Positions 29,397 through 40,524 of a stretch of 64,000 nt of DNA are shown piece after piece. The notes below the pieces were generated by a model. That model had not been told where the DNA came from. It did no database searches and saw only the letters and a list, made by a program, of their open reading frames with translations. Both the position numbers and the translations under genes were made by a program. How positions within the stretch are numbered: position 1 is the first letter of the stretch; every line of letters starts with the position of its first letter. Origin of the DNA: Burkholderiales bacterium. GTDB lineage: Bacteria; Pseudomonadota; Gammaproteobacteria; Burkholderiales; Burkholderiaceae_F. The DNA is taken from NCBI GenBank assembly GCA_037442465.1, contig JBBIQI010000001.1:5498-69497 (forward strand), written 5' to 3'.

Positions 29397-30668
29397 ATGC
29401 GTAGGCTCTGTTTCGTCGCCGCGCTGCTCGCCGCAGGCGCGGCGCAGGCGGCCGAGCCGATCCGGCTCGGCATGATCGAGGCGATGTCTGGACCGTTCGC
29501 CAACGCCGGCGAAGCGGTCGCGCGCAACCTGCGGTTTGCCATCGCGCGGGTCAATGCGCGCGGCGGCGTCAGATTGCCCGGCGGCGCGCGCCCATTGCGG
29601 CTCGAGGTGTACGACTCGAAAGGGCAGGCCGAAGAGGCCCTCGTGATGCTGCGGCGGGCGGCGGACGAACGCGTCACCGTCGTGATTCAGGGCAACAGCT
29701 CTGCGGTCGCGGGCGCGTTGATCGAGGCGATCAACCGGCACAACGAACGCGTCGGCGAACGTGACCCGGCCGCGCGGCTGCTGTTCCTGAACTACTCGGC
29801 GGTCGACCCGGCCCTGACCAACGAACGCTGCAGCTTCTGGCATTTCCGCTTCGACGCGCACGCCGGCATGCGCATGGCTGCGCTCGTGGACGTGCTTGCC
29901 GCCGACCGCGGCGTGCGCCGCGTCTACCTGCTGAACCAGGACTACAGCTTCGGCCGCGAGGTCGCGCGCAGCGCGCGCGAGCTGCTCGCGTTGCGCCGGC
30001 CGGACGTGCAGATCGTCGGTGACGAGCTGCATCCGATCGGGCGCGTACGAGACTTCGCGCCGTACGTCGCGAAAGTCAAGGCGAGCGGCGCGGACACGGT
30101 GATCACCGGCAACTGGGGCAACGATCTGACGCTGCTGGTGCGCGCCGCGCGCGAAGCGGGCCTCGACGCCGGCTTCTACACGTTCTACGGCAACGGGCTC
30201 GGCGCGCCGGCCGCGATCGGCGAAGCGGCGGTCGGGCGCGTGCGCGCGGTCGCCGAGTGGCACTACAACGCCGGCATCGACGCGATGGACGCGCTGTATG
30301 CCGAGTTTCGCCGGATGTACCCGGATCCGCGCGACGACTATTTCCAGGCGCGTATGGTGGTGATGATCGAGATGCTGACGCGCGCGATCGAGCGCGCCGG
30401 CCGCGTCGACGCGCTGGCGATCGCCCGCGCGCTTGCGGGAATGCGCTTTGGTCCGCCCGAAGGCAATCCGCTCGGCGAGGTCCGGATGCGCGCCGACGAC
30501 CATCAGTTGCTCGGACCGCTGTACGTCAGCGTGATGGAGCGTGCGGGCGCGCCGGGCGTGGCCCGCGACGTCGAAGGCAGCGGCTTCGGCTTCCGCACCG
30601 AGCGCTTCGTCGACGCCGGGCGCATGGCGGTGCCGCACCGCTGCGCGATGGTCCGCCCCGAGCGCTGA
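29397..30668 (+). CDS. Orphan branched-chain amino acid-type ABC substrate-binding protein
   Basis: Signal peptide, [39 protein letters not shown]; no cognate permease adjacent. Confidence 0.8.
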   Translation: MRRLCFVAALLAAGAAQAAEPIRLGMIEAMSGPFANAGEAVARNLRFAIARVNARGGVRLPGGARPLRLEVYDSKGQAEEALVMLRRAADERVTVVIQGNSSAVAGALIEAINRHNERVGERDPAARLLFLNYSAVDPALTNERCSFWHFRFDAHAGMRMAALVDVLAADRGVRRVYLLNQDYSFGREVARSARELLALRRPDVQIVGDELHPIGRVRDFAPYVAKVKASGADTVITGNWGNDLTLLVRAAREAGLDAGFYTFYGNGLGAPAAIGEAAVGRVRAVAEWHYNAGIDAMDALYAEFRRMYPDPRDDYFQARMVVMIEMLTRAIERAGRVDALAIARALAGMRFGPPEGNPLGEVRMRADDHQLLGPLYVSVMERAGAPGVARDVEGSGFGFRTERFVDAGRMAVPHRCAMVRPER

Positions 30669-30765
30669 AGGCCGCCTAGGGGCCGCGCTCCGGTATACTG
30701 CGCGGCTTCACGGCACGGCCTTCCTTCCGTGTCCGCGTGTCCACCGAAACACCGAAAGGGAAACC

Positions 30766-31035
30766 ATGGCAGTCGCAGACATCAAGAAGGGCGACATCGT
30801 CGCCAAATTCCAGCGCAGCAAGTCGGATACGGGTTCGCCGGAAGTGCAGGTCGCGCTTCTGACGGCCCGCATCAACGAGTTGACCGAGCACTTCAAGACC
30901 CACGTCAAGGATCACCATTCCCGACGCGGGTTGCTCAAGATGGTCAGCCGGCGCCGCAAGCTGCTCGACTATCTGAAGGGCAAGAACCCCGAGGCGTACA
31001 AGGGGCTGATCGACAGCCTCGGCCTACGCAAGTAG
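30766..31035 (+). CDS. rpsO: 30S ribosomal protein S15
   Basis: [42 protein letters not shown]; TATACT -10 at 30694-99. Confidence 0.98.
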   Translation: MAVADIKKGDIVAKFQRSKSDTGSPEVQVALLTARINELTEHFKTHVKDHHSRRGLLKMVSRRRKLLDYLKGKNPEAYKGLIDSLGLRK

Positions 31036-31058
31036 TCGTGCCGATCGATCACGCAAGA

Positions 31059-31093
31059 AAGCCTGCGAGACACGACGCTCCGCGGGCTTTTTT
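31059..31093 (+). terminator. Intrinsic terminator after rpsO
   Basis: AAGCCTGCG (31059-67) pairs with CGCGGGCTT (31081-89); run of six T at 31088-93. Confidence 0.75.
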
Positions 31094-31109
31094 GCTTGGC
31101 GGCTGCACT

Positions 31110-31174
31110 GCGCGCCGCGCTATGGACGTAAGGCCGGGCCGATGCCCGGCCCAGTCGTCGATACCGCGGCGTGC
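31110..31174 (+). promoter_or_regulatory. Long interrupted stem-loop in the pnp leader (candidate RNase III site)
   Basis: 31110-19 pairs with 31165-74, continued by TAT/ATA and GACG/CGTC, capped by GGCCGGGC-cgat-GCCCGGCC. Confidence 0.5.
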
Positions 31175-31245
31175 CCGAAGGTCCGGCCGCTTGGCCGGAC
31201 GCTGATGTCCCAGCGGCTGCGTTTTCAACGCGAAAGGAAACGCAA

Positions 31246-33378
31246 GTGTTCGAGAAAGTAACGAAGAGCTTCCAGTACGGGGCGCACACCGTCACGCTTG
31301 AAACGGGGGAGATCGCGCGGCAGGCCACCGGCGCGGTGCTCGTGTCGATGGACGATACGGTGGTGCTGGCGACGGTGGTCGCACGCACCGAAGCCAAGGC
31401 AGGCCAGGACTTCTTTCCGCTGACCGTCGATTACGTGGAGAAGACCTACGCCGCCGGCCGCATTCCCGGCGGCTTCTTCAAGCGCGAGGGTCGCCCGTCG
31501 GAGAAGGAAACGCTGACCAGCCGCCTGATCGACCGGCCGATCCGGCCCCTGTTTCCGGACGGCTTTTTCAACGAAGTGCAGGTCGTGGTCCACGTGCTAT
31601 CGGTGGATCCGGAGATCGATCCGGACATCCCGGCGATGATCGGCGCGTCGGCGGCGCTGTCGGTGTCGGGCATCCCGTTCAAGGGCCCGATCGGCGCGGC
31701 GCGCGTCGGCTACGTCGACGGCCAGTACGTGCTGAACCCGACGGCGACCCAGCTCAAGAGCTCGAGGCTCGATCTCGTCGTCGCTGGCACCGAGCGCGCG
31801 GTGCTGATGGTCGAGTCCGAAGCCGACCAGCTTCCGGAGGACGTGATGCTCGGCGCGGTGGTATTCGGCCATGAGCAGATGCAGGCGGCGATCAACGCCA
31901 TCCACGATCTGGTGCGCGATGCCGGCAAGCCGGCGTGGGACTGGAAGGCGCCGGAGAAGAACGAAGCGCTGATCGCCAAGGTGATTCAGATCGCCGGCGC
32001 CGAACTGCGCGCGGCCTATCAGATCCGCAGCAAGCAGGCGCGTACCCAGAAATTGCGCGAGATCTACGCGCTCGTCGACCGCAAGCTCGCCGAGGAGGCC
32101 GCCGCCGCCGGGCAGCCGGTCCCGGATGCCAACGCCGTCGGCGGCATCCTGTTCGACCTCGAAGCCAAGATCGTCCGCAGCCAGATCCTCGAAGGCGAGC
32201 CGCGCATCGACGGCCGCGACACGCGCACCGTGCGCCCGATCGAGATCCGGCTCGGTGTGCTGCCGCGCACGCACGGCTCGGCGCTGTTCACGCGCGGCGA
32301 GACCCAGGCGCTGGTGACTGCCACGCTCGGTACCAAGCAGGACGAGCAGATCATCGACGCGCTGATGGGCGAATACCGCGAGCGCTTCATGCTCCATTAC
32401 AACATGCCGCCGTTCGCCACCGGCGAAACCGGCCGCGTCGGCGCGCCGAAGCGCCGCGAGATCGGGCACGGGCGGCTCGCCAAACGCGCGCTGGTCCGCT
32501 GCCTGCCGACGGCCGACGAGTTCCAGTATTCGATCCGGGTCGTGTCCGAGATCACCGAGAGCAACGGTTCGTCGTCGATGGCGTCGGTTTGCGGCGGCTG
32601 TCTGGCGCTGATGGATGCCGGCGTACCGATGAAGGCGCACGTGGCCGGCGTGGCGATGGGCCTGATCAAGGAAGGCAACAAGTTCGCGGTGCTGACCGAC
32701 ATCCTCGGCGACGAGGACCACCTCGGCGACATGGACTTCAAGGTCGCAGGAACCGCCGCCGGGATCACGGCGCTGCAGATGGACATCAAGATCGAGGGCA
32801 TCACCCGCGAGATCATGCAGGTCGCGCTCGCGCAGGCCAAGGAGGGCCGTATGCACATCCTGCAGAAAATGCAGGACGCGATGGGCACGCCGCGGTCCGA
32901 GCTGTCGGCTTTCGCGCCCAGGCTGATCAAGATGAAGATCAATCCCGAAAAGATCCGCGACGTCATCGGCAAGGGCGGCGCGGTCATTCGCGCGCTGACC
33001 GAGGAGACCGGCACGCAGATCGACATCGAGGACGACGGTACCGTGATCATCGCCAGCGTCGATCTGGAAAAGGGCCGCGAGGCCGAACGGCGCATTCGCG
33101 AGCTCACCGCGGAAGTCGAAGTCGGCAAGATCTACGACGGCACCGTGCTGAGGCTGCTGGACTTCGGCGCGATCGTGCAGATCCTTCCGGGGCGCGACGG
33201 TCTGCTGCACATCTCGCAGATCGCCAACGAGCGCGTGAACCAGGTCAGCGACTACCTGAAGGAAGGTCAGGCGATCAAGGTCAAGGTGCTCGAGGCCGAC
33301 GAAAAGGGCCGGCTGCGGCTGTCGATGAAGGCGGCCGCTGCCGAGCTCGAAGGGCAGCAGACCCAGCAGGCGCAGTAA
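31246..33378 (+). CDS. pnp: Polyribonucleotide nucleotidyltransferase (PNPase)
   Basis: [37 protein letters not shown] and S1 domains; GTG start 31246 after AAAGGA. Confidence 0.97.
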   Translation: MFEKVTKSFQYGAHTVTLETGEIARQATGAVLVSMDDTVVLATVVARTEAKAGQDFFPLTVDYVEKTYAAGRIPGGFFKREGRPSEKETLTSRLIDRPIRPLFPDGFFNEVQVVVHVLSVDPEIDPDIPAMIGASAALSVSGIPFKGPIGAARVGYVDGQYVLNPTATQLKSSRLDLVVAGTERAVLMVESEADQLPEDVMLGAVVFGHEQMQAAINAIHDLVRDAGKPAWDWKAPEKNEALIAKVIQIAGAELRAAYQIRSKQARTQKLREIYALVDRKLAEEAAAAGQPVPDANAVGGILFDLEAKIVRSQILEGEPRIDGRDTRTVRPIEIRLGVLPRTHGSALFTRGETQALVTATLGTKQDEQIIDALMGEYRERFMLHYNMPPFATGETGRVGAPKRREIGHGRLAKRALVRCLPTADEFQYSIRVVSEITESNGSSSMASVCGGCLALMDAGVPMKAHVAGVAMGLIKEGNKFAVLTDILGDEDHLGDMDFKVAGTAAGITALQMDIKIEGITREIMQVALAQAKEGRMHILQKMQDAMGTPRSELSAFAPRLIKMKINPEKIRDVIGKGGAVIRALTEETGTQIDIEDDGTVIIASVDLEKGREAERRIRELTAEVEVGKIYDGTVLRLLDFGAIVQILPGRDGLLHISQIANERVNQVSDYLKEGQAIKVKVLEADEKGRLRLSMKAAAAELEGQQTQQAQ

Positions 33379-33418
33379 GCCGCCGGCCCCGCCCAGTGCG
33401 GGCGGGGCGTCTCGCACC

Positions 33419-34426
33419 ATGCGCGCCGTTGAAATCAGTCGTCCCGGCGGACCCGAGGTCCTGCAGCTCGTCGAGCGGCCGCGGCCGCAGCCGCGCGCGG
33501 GAGAAGCGCTCGTGCGCGTGCACGCCGCCGGCATCAACCGGCCCGACGTGCTCCAGCGCAAGGGCGGCTACCCGCCGCCGCCGGGCGCCTCCGATCTGCC
33601 GGGGCTGGAGATCGCCGGCGTGATCGAAGAGGGTGACCTGCCCGGCAGCGGCTTCGAGATCGGCGACGCCGTGTGCGGACTGGTCACCGGCGGCGGCTAC
33701 GCGGAGTACTGCGTGGTTCCGGTCGGACAATTGCTGCCGGTGCCGCGCGGGCTTGCCTTCGCGGAAGCGGCGGGGCTGCCCGAGACGTTCTTCACGGTCT
33801 GGAGCAACGTCTTCGATCGCGCACAGCTCGCCCCGGGCGAGACGTTGCTCGTGCAGGGCGGCACCAGCGGCATCGGCGTGGCGGCGATCCAGCTTGCGGT
33901 CGCGCTCGGACACTCGGTCTATGCGACCGCGGGCACCGAAGAGAAGTGCCGTGCGATCACCGCGCTCGGTGCGGCGCGCGCGATCAACTATCGCCACGAG
34001 GACTTCGGCGCGATCGTCAAGGACGTCACCGGCGGCCGCGGCGTCGACGTGATCCTCGACATGGTCGGGGGCGATTACGTCGCGCGCGAGATCGCATGTC
34101 TTGCCGAGGACGGTCGGCTCGTCCTGATCGCGCTGCTCGGCGGCGCGCGCGCCGGTGTGGACTTGTCCGTCGTGCTGCGGCGGCGGCTGACGATCACCGC
34201 GTCGACCTTGCGGCCGCGGCCGGTCGAGTTCAAGGCCGCGATCGCGCGCCGGCTGCGTGGAATCGTCTGGCCATTGATCGAGGCGGGCCGGGTCAAGCCG
34301 ATGCTGTTCAAGACGTTCGAGCTGCATGAGGCCGCCGCCGCGCACGCACTGATGGAGTCGAGCCAGCACATCGGCAAGATCGTGCTGGCCGTGACCGACC
34401 AAGCCTCGGTCCGGCCACGCGGCTGA
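33419..34426 (+). CDS. NAD(P)H-quinone oxidoreductase, zeta-crystallin/PIG3 family
   Basis: GINRPDVLQRKGGYPPPPGASDLPGLE, VQGGTSGIG, MESSQHIGKIVL. Confidence 0.9.
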   Translation: MRAVEISRPGGPEVLQLVERPRPQPRAGEALVRVHAAGINRPDVLQRKGGYPPPPGASDLPGLEIAGVIEEGDLPGSGFEIGDAVCGLVTGGGYAEYCVVPVGQLLPVPRGLAFAEAAGLPETFFTVWSNVFDRAQLAPGETLLVQGGTSGIGVAAIQLAVALGHSVYATAGTEEKCRAITALGAARAINYRHEDFGAIVKDVTGGRGVDVILDMVGGDYVAREIACLAEDGRLVLIALLGGARAGVDLSVVLRRRLTITASTLRPRPVEFKAAIARRLRGIVWPLIEAGRVKPMLFKTFELHEAAAAHALMESSQHIGKIVLAVTDQASVRPRG

Positions 34427-34475
34427 GCACACGAGCGATCCGTAGAATTCGACGCTTTTTCCCGCATCGAAACCC

Positions 34476-35237
34476 ATGTCCACCCGCCGCCCACTGGTTG
34501 CCGCCAACTGGAAGATGAACGGCTCGATCGCCGCCAACGAGCGCTGGCTCGCCGATTTCCGAGCCGGCGCGGCGCGGCTGGGTTGCGACGTCGTCGTCTG
34601 CGCGCCGTATCCGTACCTGGCGCAACTTTGGGTCGGATTGAAGGACACGCCGGCCGAAGCCGGCGCACAGGATCTGAGCGAACATCGTGCCGGCGCCTAT
34701 ACGGGCGACGTGGCGGGCGAAATGCTGGTGGACGTGGGCTGCCGCTGGGTGATCGTCGGCCACTCGGAGCGGCGCGCGCTGCACGGCGAGTCGAACGAAC
34801 GCGTGGCGGCCAAGGTCCGGCGTGCGCTCGACGCGGGCTTGCGGCCGATCGTATGCATCGGCGAGACGCTCGCGGAACGCGAGGCGGGTCGCACTCACGA
34901 TGTCGTGCGGGCGCAGCTCGATGCCGTGCTGGCCGCCGTCGGTGCGGCCGCGCTCACGCGCGGCGCGATCGCGTACGAACCGGTGTGGGCGATCGGCACC
35001 GGGCGGACGGCCACGCCCGCGCAGGCGCAGGAGGTCCAGCGCTCGATCCGTGCGCAGCTCGCAGCGGCCGATCCGGACGCGGCCGGCACGGTGCGCGTGC
35101 TGTACGGCGGCAGCGTCAAGCCGGCCAACGCCGCGGAACTGTTTGCGCAGCCCGACATCGACGGCGGACTGATCGGCGGTGCGTCGCTCGTCGCGCAGGA
35201 TTTCCTGAACATCTGCGCGGCTGCGCGCAGCGGATGA
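34476..35237 (+). CDS. tpiA: Triosephosphate isomerase
   Basis: [46 protein letters not shown]. Confidence 0.97.
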   Translation: MSTRRPLVAANWKMNGSIAANERWLADFRAGAARLGCDVVVCAPYPYLAQLWVGLKDTPAEAGAQDLSEHRAGAYTGDVAGEMLVDVGCRWVIVGHSERRALHGESNERVAAKVRRALDAGLRPIVCIGETLAEREAGRTHDVVRAQLDAVLAAVGAAALTRGAIAYEPVWAIGTGRTATPAQAQEVQRSIRAQLAAADPDAAGTVRVLYGGSVKPANAAELFAQPDIDGGLIGGASLVAQDFLNICAAARSG

Positions 35238-35256
35238 CATTCAAGAGGGTATCGAT

Positions 35257-35628
35257 ATGGCCTGGTTGACCACGTTGCTGATCGTGATACAGGTGCTGTG
35301 CGCGATCGCGATCATCATCCTCGTGCTTCTGCAGCACGGCAAAGGCGCCGACATGGGCGCGGCTTTCGGCAGCGGCGCCTCGGGCAGCCTGTTCGGTGCG
35401 ACCGGCTCGGCGAACTTCCTGTCGCGCAGTACGGGCATTCTGGCGGCGGTGTTTTTCGTCGCCACGCTCGGCCTCGCGTATTCAGCGACCGCCGTGCGCG
35501 CGCCGCAGGCCGAAGGCGGCGTGATGGGCACGATGCCGAAGTCGGACGCGGGCAAGGACACGGGCAAGGACGTCCCCGCACCGGCGTCCAAGGCCGACAG
35601 CGGCAAGGCCGGCGACATTCCCAAGTGA
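35257..35628 (+). CDS. secG: Preprotein translocase subunit SecG
   Basis: LVLLQHGKGADMGAAFGSGASGSLFG. Confidence 0.96.
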   Translation: MAWLTTLLIVIQVLCAIAIIILVLLQHGKGADMGAAFGSGASGSLFGATGSANFLSRSTGILAAVFFVATLGLAYSATAVRAPQAEGGVMGTMPKSDAGKDTGKDVPAPASKADSGKAGDIPK

Positions 35629-35687
35629 GCTCCTGGCGCGCGAGCGCGGCGCGTGCCTCGTCGTATCCAGTAGAATCCGCGCGATTT

Positions 35688-35772
35688 GCCGACGTGGTGG
35701 AATTGGTAGACACACCATCTTGAGGGGGTGGCGGCGCAAGCCGTGTGAGTTCGAGTCTCACCGTCGGCACCA
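35688..35772 (+). tRNA. tRNA-Leu (anticodon GAG)
   Basis: Acceptor stem GCCGACG/CGTCGGC, D-loop GGAATTGGTAGAC, anticodon stem CCATC/GGTGG with loop TT-GAG-GG, long variable arm, GTTCGAGTC T-loop, encoded CCA; TAGAAT -10 at 35671-76. Confidence 0.96.
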
Positions 35773-35898
35773 TCCGCGCGATCCTGCGGCCTCGCGGAGC
35801 GCGCTTCGGGGCGAGTGACGGCGTACGCGTTCAGCGCGGCGCAGCCGCAGCCGCGAACCAGCCAGCGAGCCACTGAACCAGGAAGCGGAACGGCCAGC

Positions 35899-36264
35899 AT
35901 GGATCTCGAGTCTTACGTACCGGTTCTGCTGTTCATCCTGGTCGGCATCGCTGTGGGGGCGGGGCCGCTCGTGATCGGCGCGTTGCTCGGGCCGCGCCGG
36001 CCCGATCCGGAAAAGCTCTCACCCTACGAATGCGGCTTCGAAGCGTTCGAGGACGCGCGCATGAAGTTCGACGTGCGCTATTACCTGGTCGCGATCCTGT
36101 TCATCCTTTTCGATCTCGAGATCGCCTTCCTGTTTCCGTGGGCGGCCGTGCTCGGCGATCTGCCGGCGTGGGGCCCGGCCTTCTGGTCGATGATGGTGTT
36201 CCTCGCGATCCTGACGGTCGGCTTCGTCTACGAGTGGAAAAAGGGCGCGCTGGACTGGGAGTAG
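35899..36264 (+). CDS. nuoA: NADH-quinone oxidoreductase subunit A
   Basis: [35 protein letters not shown]. Confidence 0.96.
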   Translation: MDLESYVPVLLFILVGIAVGAGPLVIGALLGPRRPDPEKLSPYECGFEAFEDARMKFDVRYYLVAILFILFDLEIAFLFPWAAVLGDLPAWGPAFWSMMVFLAILTVGFVYEWKKGALDWE

Positions 36265-36281
36265 TCGGGCAGGGAGGCACC

Positions 36282-36758
36282 ATGGGCATCGAAGGCGTGC
36301 TGAACGAAGGCTTCGTCACCACCAGCGTCGACAAGCTGATCAACTGGAGCAAGACCGGGTCGATGTGGCCGATGACCTTCGGGCTCGCCTGCTGCGCGGT
36401 CGAAATGATGCATGCCGGCGCGTCGCGCTACGACCTGGATCGCTTTGGCGTGATGTTCCGGCCGAGCCCGCGCCAGTCCGACGTGATGATCGTCGCCGGA
36501 ACCCTGTGCAACAAGATGGCGCCGGCGCTGCGCAAGGTCTACGACCAGATGGCCGAGCCGCGCTGGGTCATCAGCATGGGCTCGTGTGCCAACGGCGGCG
36601 GCTACTACCACTACTCCTACTCGGTCGTGCGCGGCTGCGACCGCATCGTGCCGGTCGACGTCTACGTGCCGGGCTGCCCGCCGACGGCCGAGGCGCTGAT
36701 CTACGGGATCATCCAGCTGCAGAACAAGATTCGCCGCACGAACACGATTGCCCGTTGA
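36282..36758 (+). CDS. nuoB: NADH-quinone oxidoreductase subunit B
   Basis: [33 protein letters not shown]. Confidence 0.97.
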   Translation: MGIEGVLNEGFVTTSVDKLINWSKTGSMWPMTFGLACCAVEMMHAGASRYDLDRFGVMFRPSPRQSDVMIVAGTLCNKMAPALRKVYDQMAEPRWVISMGSCANGGGYYHYSYSVVRGCDRIVPVDVYVPGCPPTAEALIYGIIQLQNKIRRTNTIAR

Positions 36759-36770
36759 CTTTCGCACGCG

Positions 36771-37364
36771 ATGACACGACTCGAAACCCTGGCCGCGAAT
36801 CTGAAGGCCGCGCTCGGCGAGCGCATCGCCGACATGACGATCGCGCTCGGCGAGATCACGATCGTCGTGCGCGCCGCCGATCACCTCGCGGTCGCGCGCA
36901 CGCTGCGCGACGACGAGCGCCTGAGGTTCGAGCAGTGCATCGATCTGGCCGGCGTCGATTACCTGCACTACGGTGACGGCGCGTGGGACGGCCCGCGCTT
37001 CGCGGTCGTCATGCATCTGTTGTCGGTGTCGCACAACTGGCGCGTGCGCGTGCGCACGTTCTGCCCGGACGACGAACTGCCGCTGGTCGACTCGGTGACC
37101 GGCATCTGGCCTTCGGCCGGCTGGTTCGAGCGCGAGGCCTTCGACCTGTACGGCATCGTGTTCGAAGGCCACGCCGACCTGCGGCGCATCCTGACCGATT
37201 ACGGCTTCGTCGGTCATCCGTTCCGCAAGGACTTTCCGATCTCGGGCTATGTCGAGATGCGCTACGACCCCGAGCAGCGGCGCGTGGTGTACCAGCCGGT
37301 GACGATCGAGCCGCGCGAAGTGACGCCACGAGTCATCCGCGAAGAGAACTACGGCCGTGGCTGA
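36771..37364 (+). CDS. nuoC: NADH-quinone oxidoreductase subunit C
   Basis: [39 protein letters not shown]. Confidence 0.96.
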   Translation: MTRLETLAANLKAALGERIADMTIALGEITIVVRAADHLAVARTLRDDERLRFEQCIDLAGVDYLHYGDGAWDGPRFAVVMHLLSVSHNWRVRVRTFCPDDELPLVDSVTGIWPSAGWFEREAFDLYGIVFEGHADLRRILTDYGFVGHPFRKDFPISGYVEMRYDPEQRRVVYQPVTIEPREVTPRVIREENYGRG

Positions 37365-38610
37365 GATCAGAAACTACACGCTCAATTTTGGCCCGCAGCA
37401 TCCGGCGGCGCATGGGGTGCTGCGGCTGGTGCTCGAACTCGACGGCGAAGTGATCCAGCGCGCCGACCCGCACATCGGGCTGCTGCATCGGGCGACCGAG
37501 AAGCTCGCCGAGACGCGCACGTACATCCAGTCGGTGCCTTACATGGACCGGCTCGATTACGTGTCGATGATGTGCAACGAGCACGCCTACGTGATGGCGA
37601 TCGAGAAGCTCGCCGGCATCGAAGTGCCGCTGCGCGCGCAGTACATCCGCGTGATGTTCGACGAGATCACGCGACTGCTGAACCACCTGCTGTGGATCGG
37701 CGCGCACGGGCTGGATGTCGGCGCGATGGCGGTGTTCCTGTACGCCTTTCGCGAGCGCGAAGACCTGATGGACATGTACGAGGCGGTCTCCGGCGCCCGC
37801 ATGCACGCGGCGTATTACCGCCCGGGCGGCGTGTATCGCGACCTGCCCGACCGCATGCCGCAGTACCAGCCGTCGAAGTATCGCAGCGCGAAGGAAACGG
37901 CGCGGCTGAACGAGAACCGCCAGGGTTCGCTGCTCGACTTCATCGAGGACTTCACCAACCGCTTCCCCAAGTACGTCGACGAATACGAGACGCTGCTGAC
38001 CGACAACCGGATCTGGAAGCAGCGGCTCGTGGGCATCGGCGTCGTTTCTCCCGAGCGCGCGCTCGCGCTGGGTTTCACCGGGCCGATGCTGCGCGGCTCC
38101 GGCGTCGAGTGGGACCTGCGCAAGAAACAGCCGTACGAGGTCTACGACCTCGTGCAGTTCGACGTTCCGGTCGGCAAGAACGGCGACTCGTACGACCGCT
38201 ATCTCGTGCGCATGGAGGAGATGCGGCAGAGCAACCGCATCATCAGGCAATGCGTCGAGTGGCTGCGCAACAACCCGGGTCCGGTCATGACCGACGACCA
38301 CAAGATCGCGCCGCCGGCGCGCGTCGACATGAAATCGAACATGGAGGAGCTGATCCACCACTTCAAGCTCTTTACCGAGGGTATGCACGTGCCGGCCGGG
38401 GAGGCATACGCCGCGGTCGAGCACCCGAAAGGCGAGTTCGGCATCTACCTGATCTCGGACGGCGCCAACAAGCCGTACCGGATGAAGATCCGCGCCCCCG
38501 GCTTCGCGCATCTGCAGGCGCTCGACGAGATGGCGCGCGGGCATATGCTCGCCGACGCGGTCGCCATCATCGGCACGCAGGACATCGTGTTCGGGGAGAT
38601 CGACCGATGA
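37357..38610 (+). CDS. nuoD: NADH-quinone oxidoreductase subunit D
   Basis: [41 protein letters not shown]. Confidence 0.97.
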   Translation: MAEIRNYTLNFGPQHPAAHGVLRLVLELDGEVIQRADPHIGLLHRATEKLAETRTYIQSVPYMDRLDYVSMMCNEHAYVMAIEKLAGIEVPLRAQYIRVMFDEITRLLNHLLWIGAHGLDVGAMAVFLYAFREREDLMDMYEAVSGARMHAAYYRPGGVYRDLPDRMPQYQPSKYRSAKETARLNENRQGSLLDFIEDFTNRFPKYVDEYETLLTDNRIWKQRLVGIGVVSPERALALGFTGPMLRGSGVEWDLRKKQPYEVYDLVQFDVPVGKNGDSYDRYLVRMEEMRQSNRIIRQCVEWLRNNPGPVMTDDHKIAPPARVDMKSNMEELIHHFKLFTEGMHVPAGEAYAAVEHPKGEFGIYLISDGANKPYRMKIRAPGFAHLQALDEMARGHMLADAVAIIGTQDIVFGEIDR

Positions 38611-39116
38611 GCGCGGTGCCGCAGCAGCGGCGCCTGCTGTCGGCGCAGGCGCTGGCGAAGATCGACCGCGAGATCGCCAAGTACCCGGCCGAGCATCGGC
38701 AGTCGGCCGTGATGGCCGCGCTGGCGATCGCGCAGGACGAGCACGGCTGGCTGTCGAAGGAGCTGATGGAAGAGGTGGCCGACTACCTCGGCATGCCGGC
38801 GATCGCCGTCTACGAGGTCGCGACCTTCTATGCGATGTACAACCTCGAGCCGGTCGGCCGCTACAAGATCGCGGTCTGCACGAACCTGCCGTGCGCGCTG
38901 TCGGGCGGCACGCGCGCGGCCGAGCATCTGAAGAAGAGGCTCGGCATCGGCTTCAACGAGACGACACCCGACGGCTGCTTCACGCTGAAGGAGGGCGAGT
39001 GCATGGGCGCCTGCGGCGACGCGCCGGTGCTGCTCGTGAACAACAAACGGATGGAGAGCTTCATGACCGACGAGAAGCTCGACGCGTTGATCGACGCGCT
39101 GAAGGCGAGCAAATGA
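38607..39116 (+). CDS. nuoE: NADH-quinone oxidoreductase subunit E
   Basis: [15 protein letters not shown] and CMGAC 2Fe-2S ligands; ATGA overlap with nuoD. Confidence 0.95.
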   Translation: MSAVPQQRRLLSAQALAKIDREIAKYPAEHRQSAVMAALAIAQDEHGWLSKELMEEVADYLGMPAIAVYEVATFYAMYNLEPVGRYKIAVCTNLPCALSGGTRAAEHLKKRLGIGFNETTPDGCFTLKEGECMGACGDAPVLLVNNKRMESFMTDEKLDALIDALKASK

Positions 39117-39217
39117 TCGATCTGACGTCCGCCGGCGGCGACCGCTTGCGAGCGCGCTGCGCGTGCCATGCGTCGAAGGCCGGCAGCGCGGCGCTGCGGG
39201 CGTGGAGGGGCGAATGA
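39113..39217 (+). other. 34-codon mini-ORF bridging the nuoE stop and nuoF start
   Basis: [34 protein letters not shown]; ATG overlaps the nuoE TGA and its TGA overlaps the nuoF ATG. Translation unproven. Confidence 0.35.
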
Positions 39218-40518
39218 GCGCGCAGACCTGTTTCCACGGCCGCCACATCGATCCGATCATCCTCGCCGGGCTCGACGGGACCAACTGGCACCGCGCCGAC
39301 TACGAGCGGCGCGGCGGCTACGCCGCGTTGCGCAAGATCCTGGCCGAGAAGATCGCGCCCGACATCGTGATCGCCGAGGTCAAGAAGTCGGCATTGCGCG
39401 GCCGCGGCGGCGCGGGTTTCCCGACGGGACTGAAGTGGAGCTTCATGCCGCGGCAGTTCCCGGGGCAGAAGTACCTCGTGTGCAATTCGGATGAAGGCGA
39501 GCCCGGCACGTTCAAGGACCGCGACATCCTTCGCTACAACCCGCACATCGTGATCGAAGGCATGGCCATCGCCGCCTACGCGATGGGGATCTCGGTCGGC
39601 TACAACTACATCCACGGCGAGATCTGGGCCGAATACGAGCGTTTCCAGCAGGCGCTCGACGAGGCCTATGCGGCGGGCTATCTCGGCAAGAACATCCTTG
39701 GCTCCGATTTCTCGTTCGACTTGTATGCCGCGCACGGCTACGGTGCGTACATCTGCGGCGAAGAAACCGCGCTGCTCGAGTCGCTCGAGGGCAAGAAAGG
39801 GCAGCCGCGCTTCAAGCCGCCTTTTCCGGCGAGCTACGGTTTGTACGGCAAGCCGACGACGATCAACAACACGGAGACCTTCGCGGCGGTGCCGTGGATC
39901 CTTCGGCACGGCGGCGACGCCTTCCTCGCCATCGGCCGTCCGAACAATGGCGGCACGAAGATCTTTTCGGTCTCGGGCGACGTCACGCACCCCGGCAACT
40001 ACGAGGTGCCGCTCGGCACGCCGTTCGCGAAGCTGCTGGAGCTGGCCGGCGGCATGCGGGCGGGGCGCAAGATCAAGGCGGTGATCCCGGGCGGCTCGTC
40101 GATGCCGGTGCTGCCGGGCGACGTGATGATGGCCACCGACATGGACTATGACTCGATCGCCAAGGCCGGTTCGATGCTCGGCTCCGGCGCGGTGATCGTG
40201 ATGGACGAGACGCGCTGCATGGTCAAGTGCCTCGAGCGGCTGTCGTACTTCTATTTCGAGGAATCGTGCGGTCAGTGCACGCCGTGTCGCGAAGGCACCG
40301 GCTGGCTGTACCGCGTCGTACACCGGATCGAGCACGGGCAGGGCCGGCCGGACGATCTGGACCTGCTGAACTCGGTGGCCGACAACATCCAGGGCCGCAC
40401 GATCTGCGCGCTCGGCGATGCCGCCGCGATGCCGGTGCGCGCCTTCGTGAAGCACTTCCGCAGCGAGTTCGAGCACCACATCGAGCACAAGCGGTGCGTC
40501 GTGCCGGCGTACGTCTGA
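39214..40518 (+). CDS. nuoF: NADH-quinone oxidoreductase subunit F
   Basis: [51 protein letters not shown]; ATG 39214 after GGAGGGG. Confidence 0.97.
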   Translation: MSAQTCFHGRHIDPIILAGLDGTNWHRADYERRGGYAALRKILAEKIAPDIVIAEVKKSALRGRGGAGFPTGLKWSFMPRQFPGQKYLVCNSDEGEPGTFKDRDILRYNPHIVIEGMAIAAYAMGISVGYNYIHGEIWAEYERFQQALDEAYAAGYLGKNILGSDFSFDLYAAHGYGAYICGEETALLESLEGKKGQPRFKPPFPASYGLYGKPTTINNTETFAAVPWILRHGGDAFLAIGRPNNGGTKIFSVSGDVTHPGNYEVPLGTPFAKLLELAGGMRAGRKIKAVIPGGSSMPVLPGDVMMATDMDYDSIAKAGSMLGSGAVIVMDETRCMVKCLERLSYFYFEESCGQCTPCREGTGWLYRVVHRIEHGQGRPDDLDLLNSVADNIQGRTICALGDAAAMPVRAFVKHFRSEFEHHIEHKRCVVPAYV

Positions 40519-40524
40519 AGAAAA

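Noticed and set aside
34476-35237. Possible TpiA degeneration (EVQRSIR where EVH.. is usual)
   Set aside because: The catalytic Lys, His and Glu motifs (NWK, GHSERR, YEPVW) are intact.
35688-35898. tRNA-Leu as an integration site for a prophage or island
   Set aside because: No integrase, no duplicated tRNA 3' end seen and no composition shift; nuoA follows 126 bp later.
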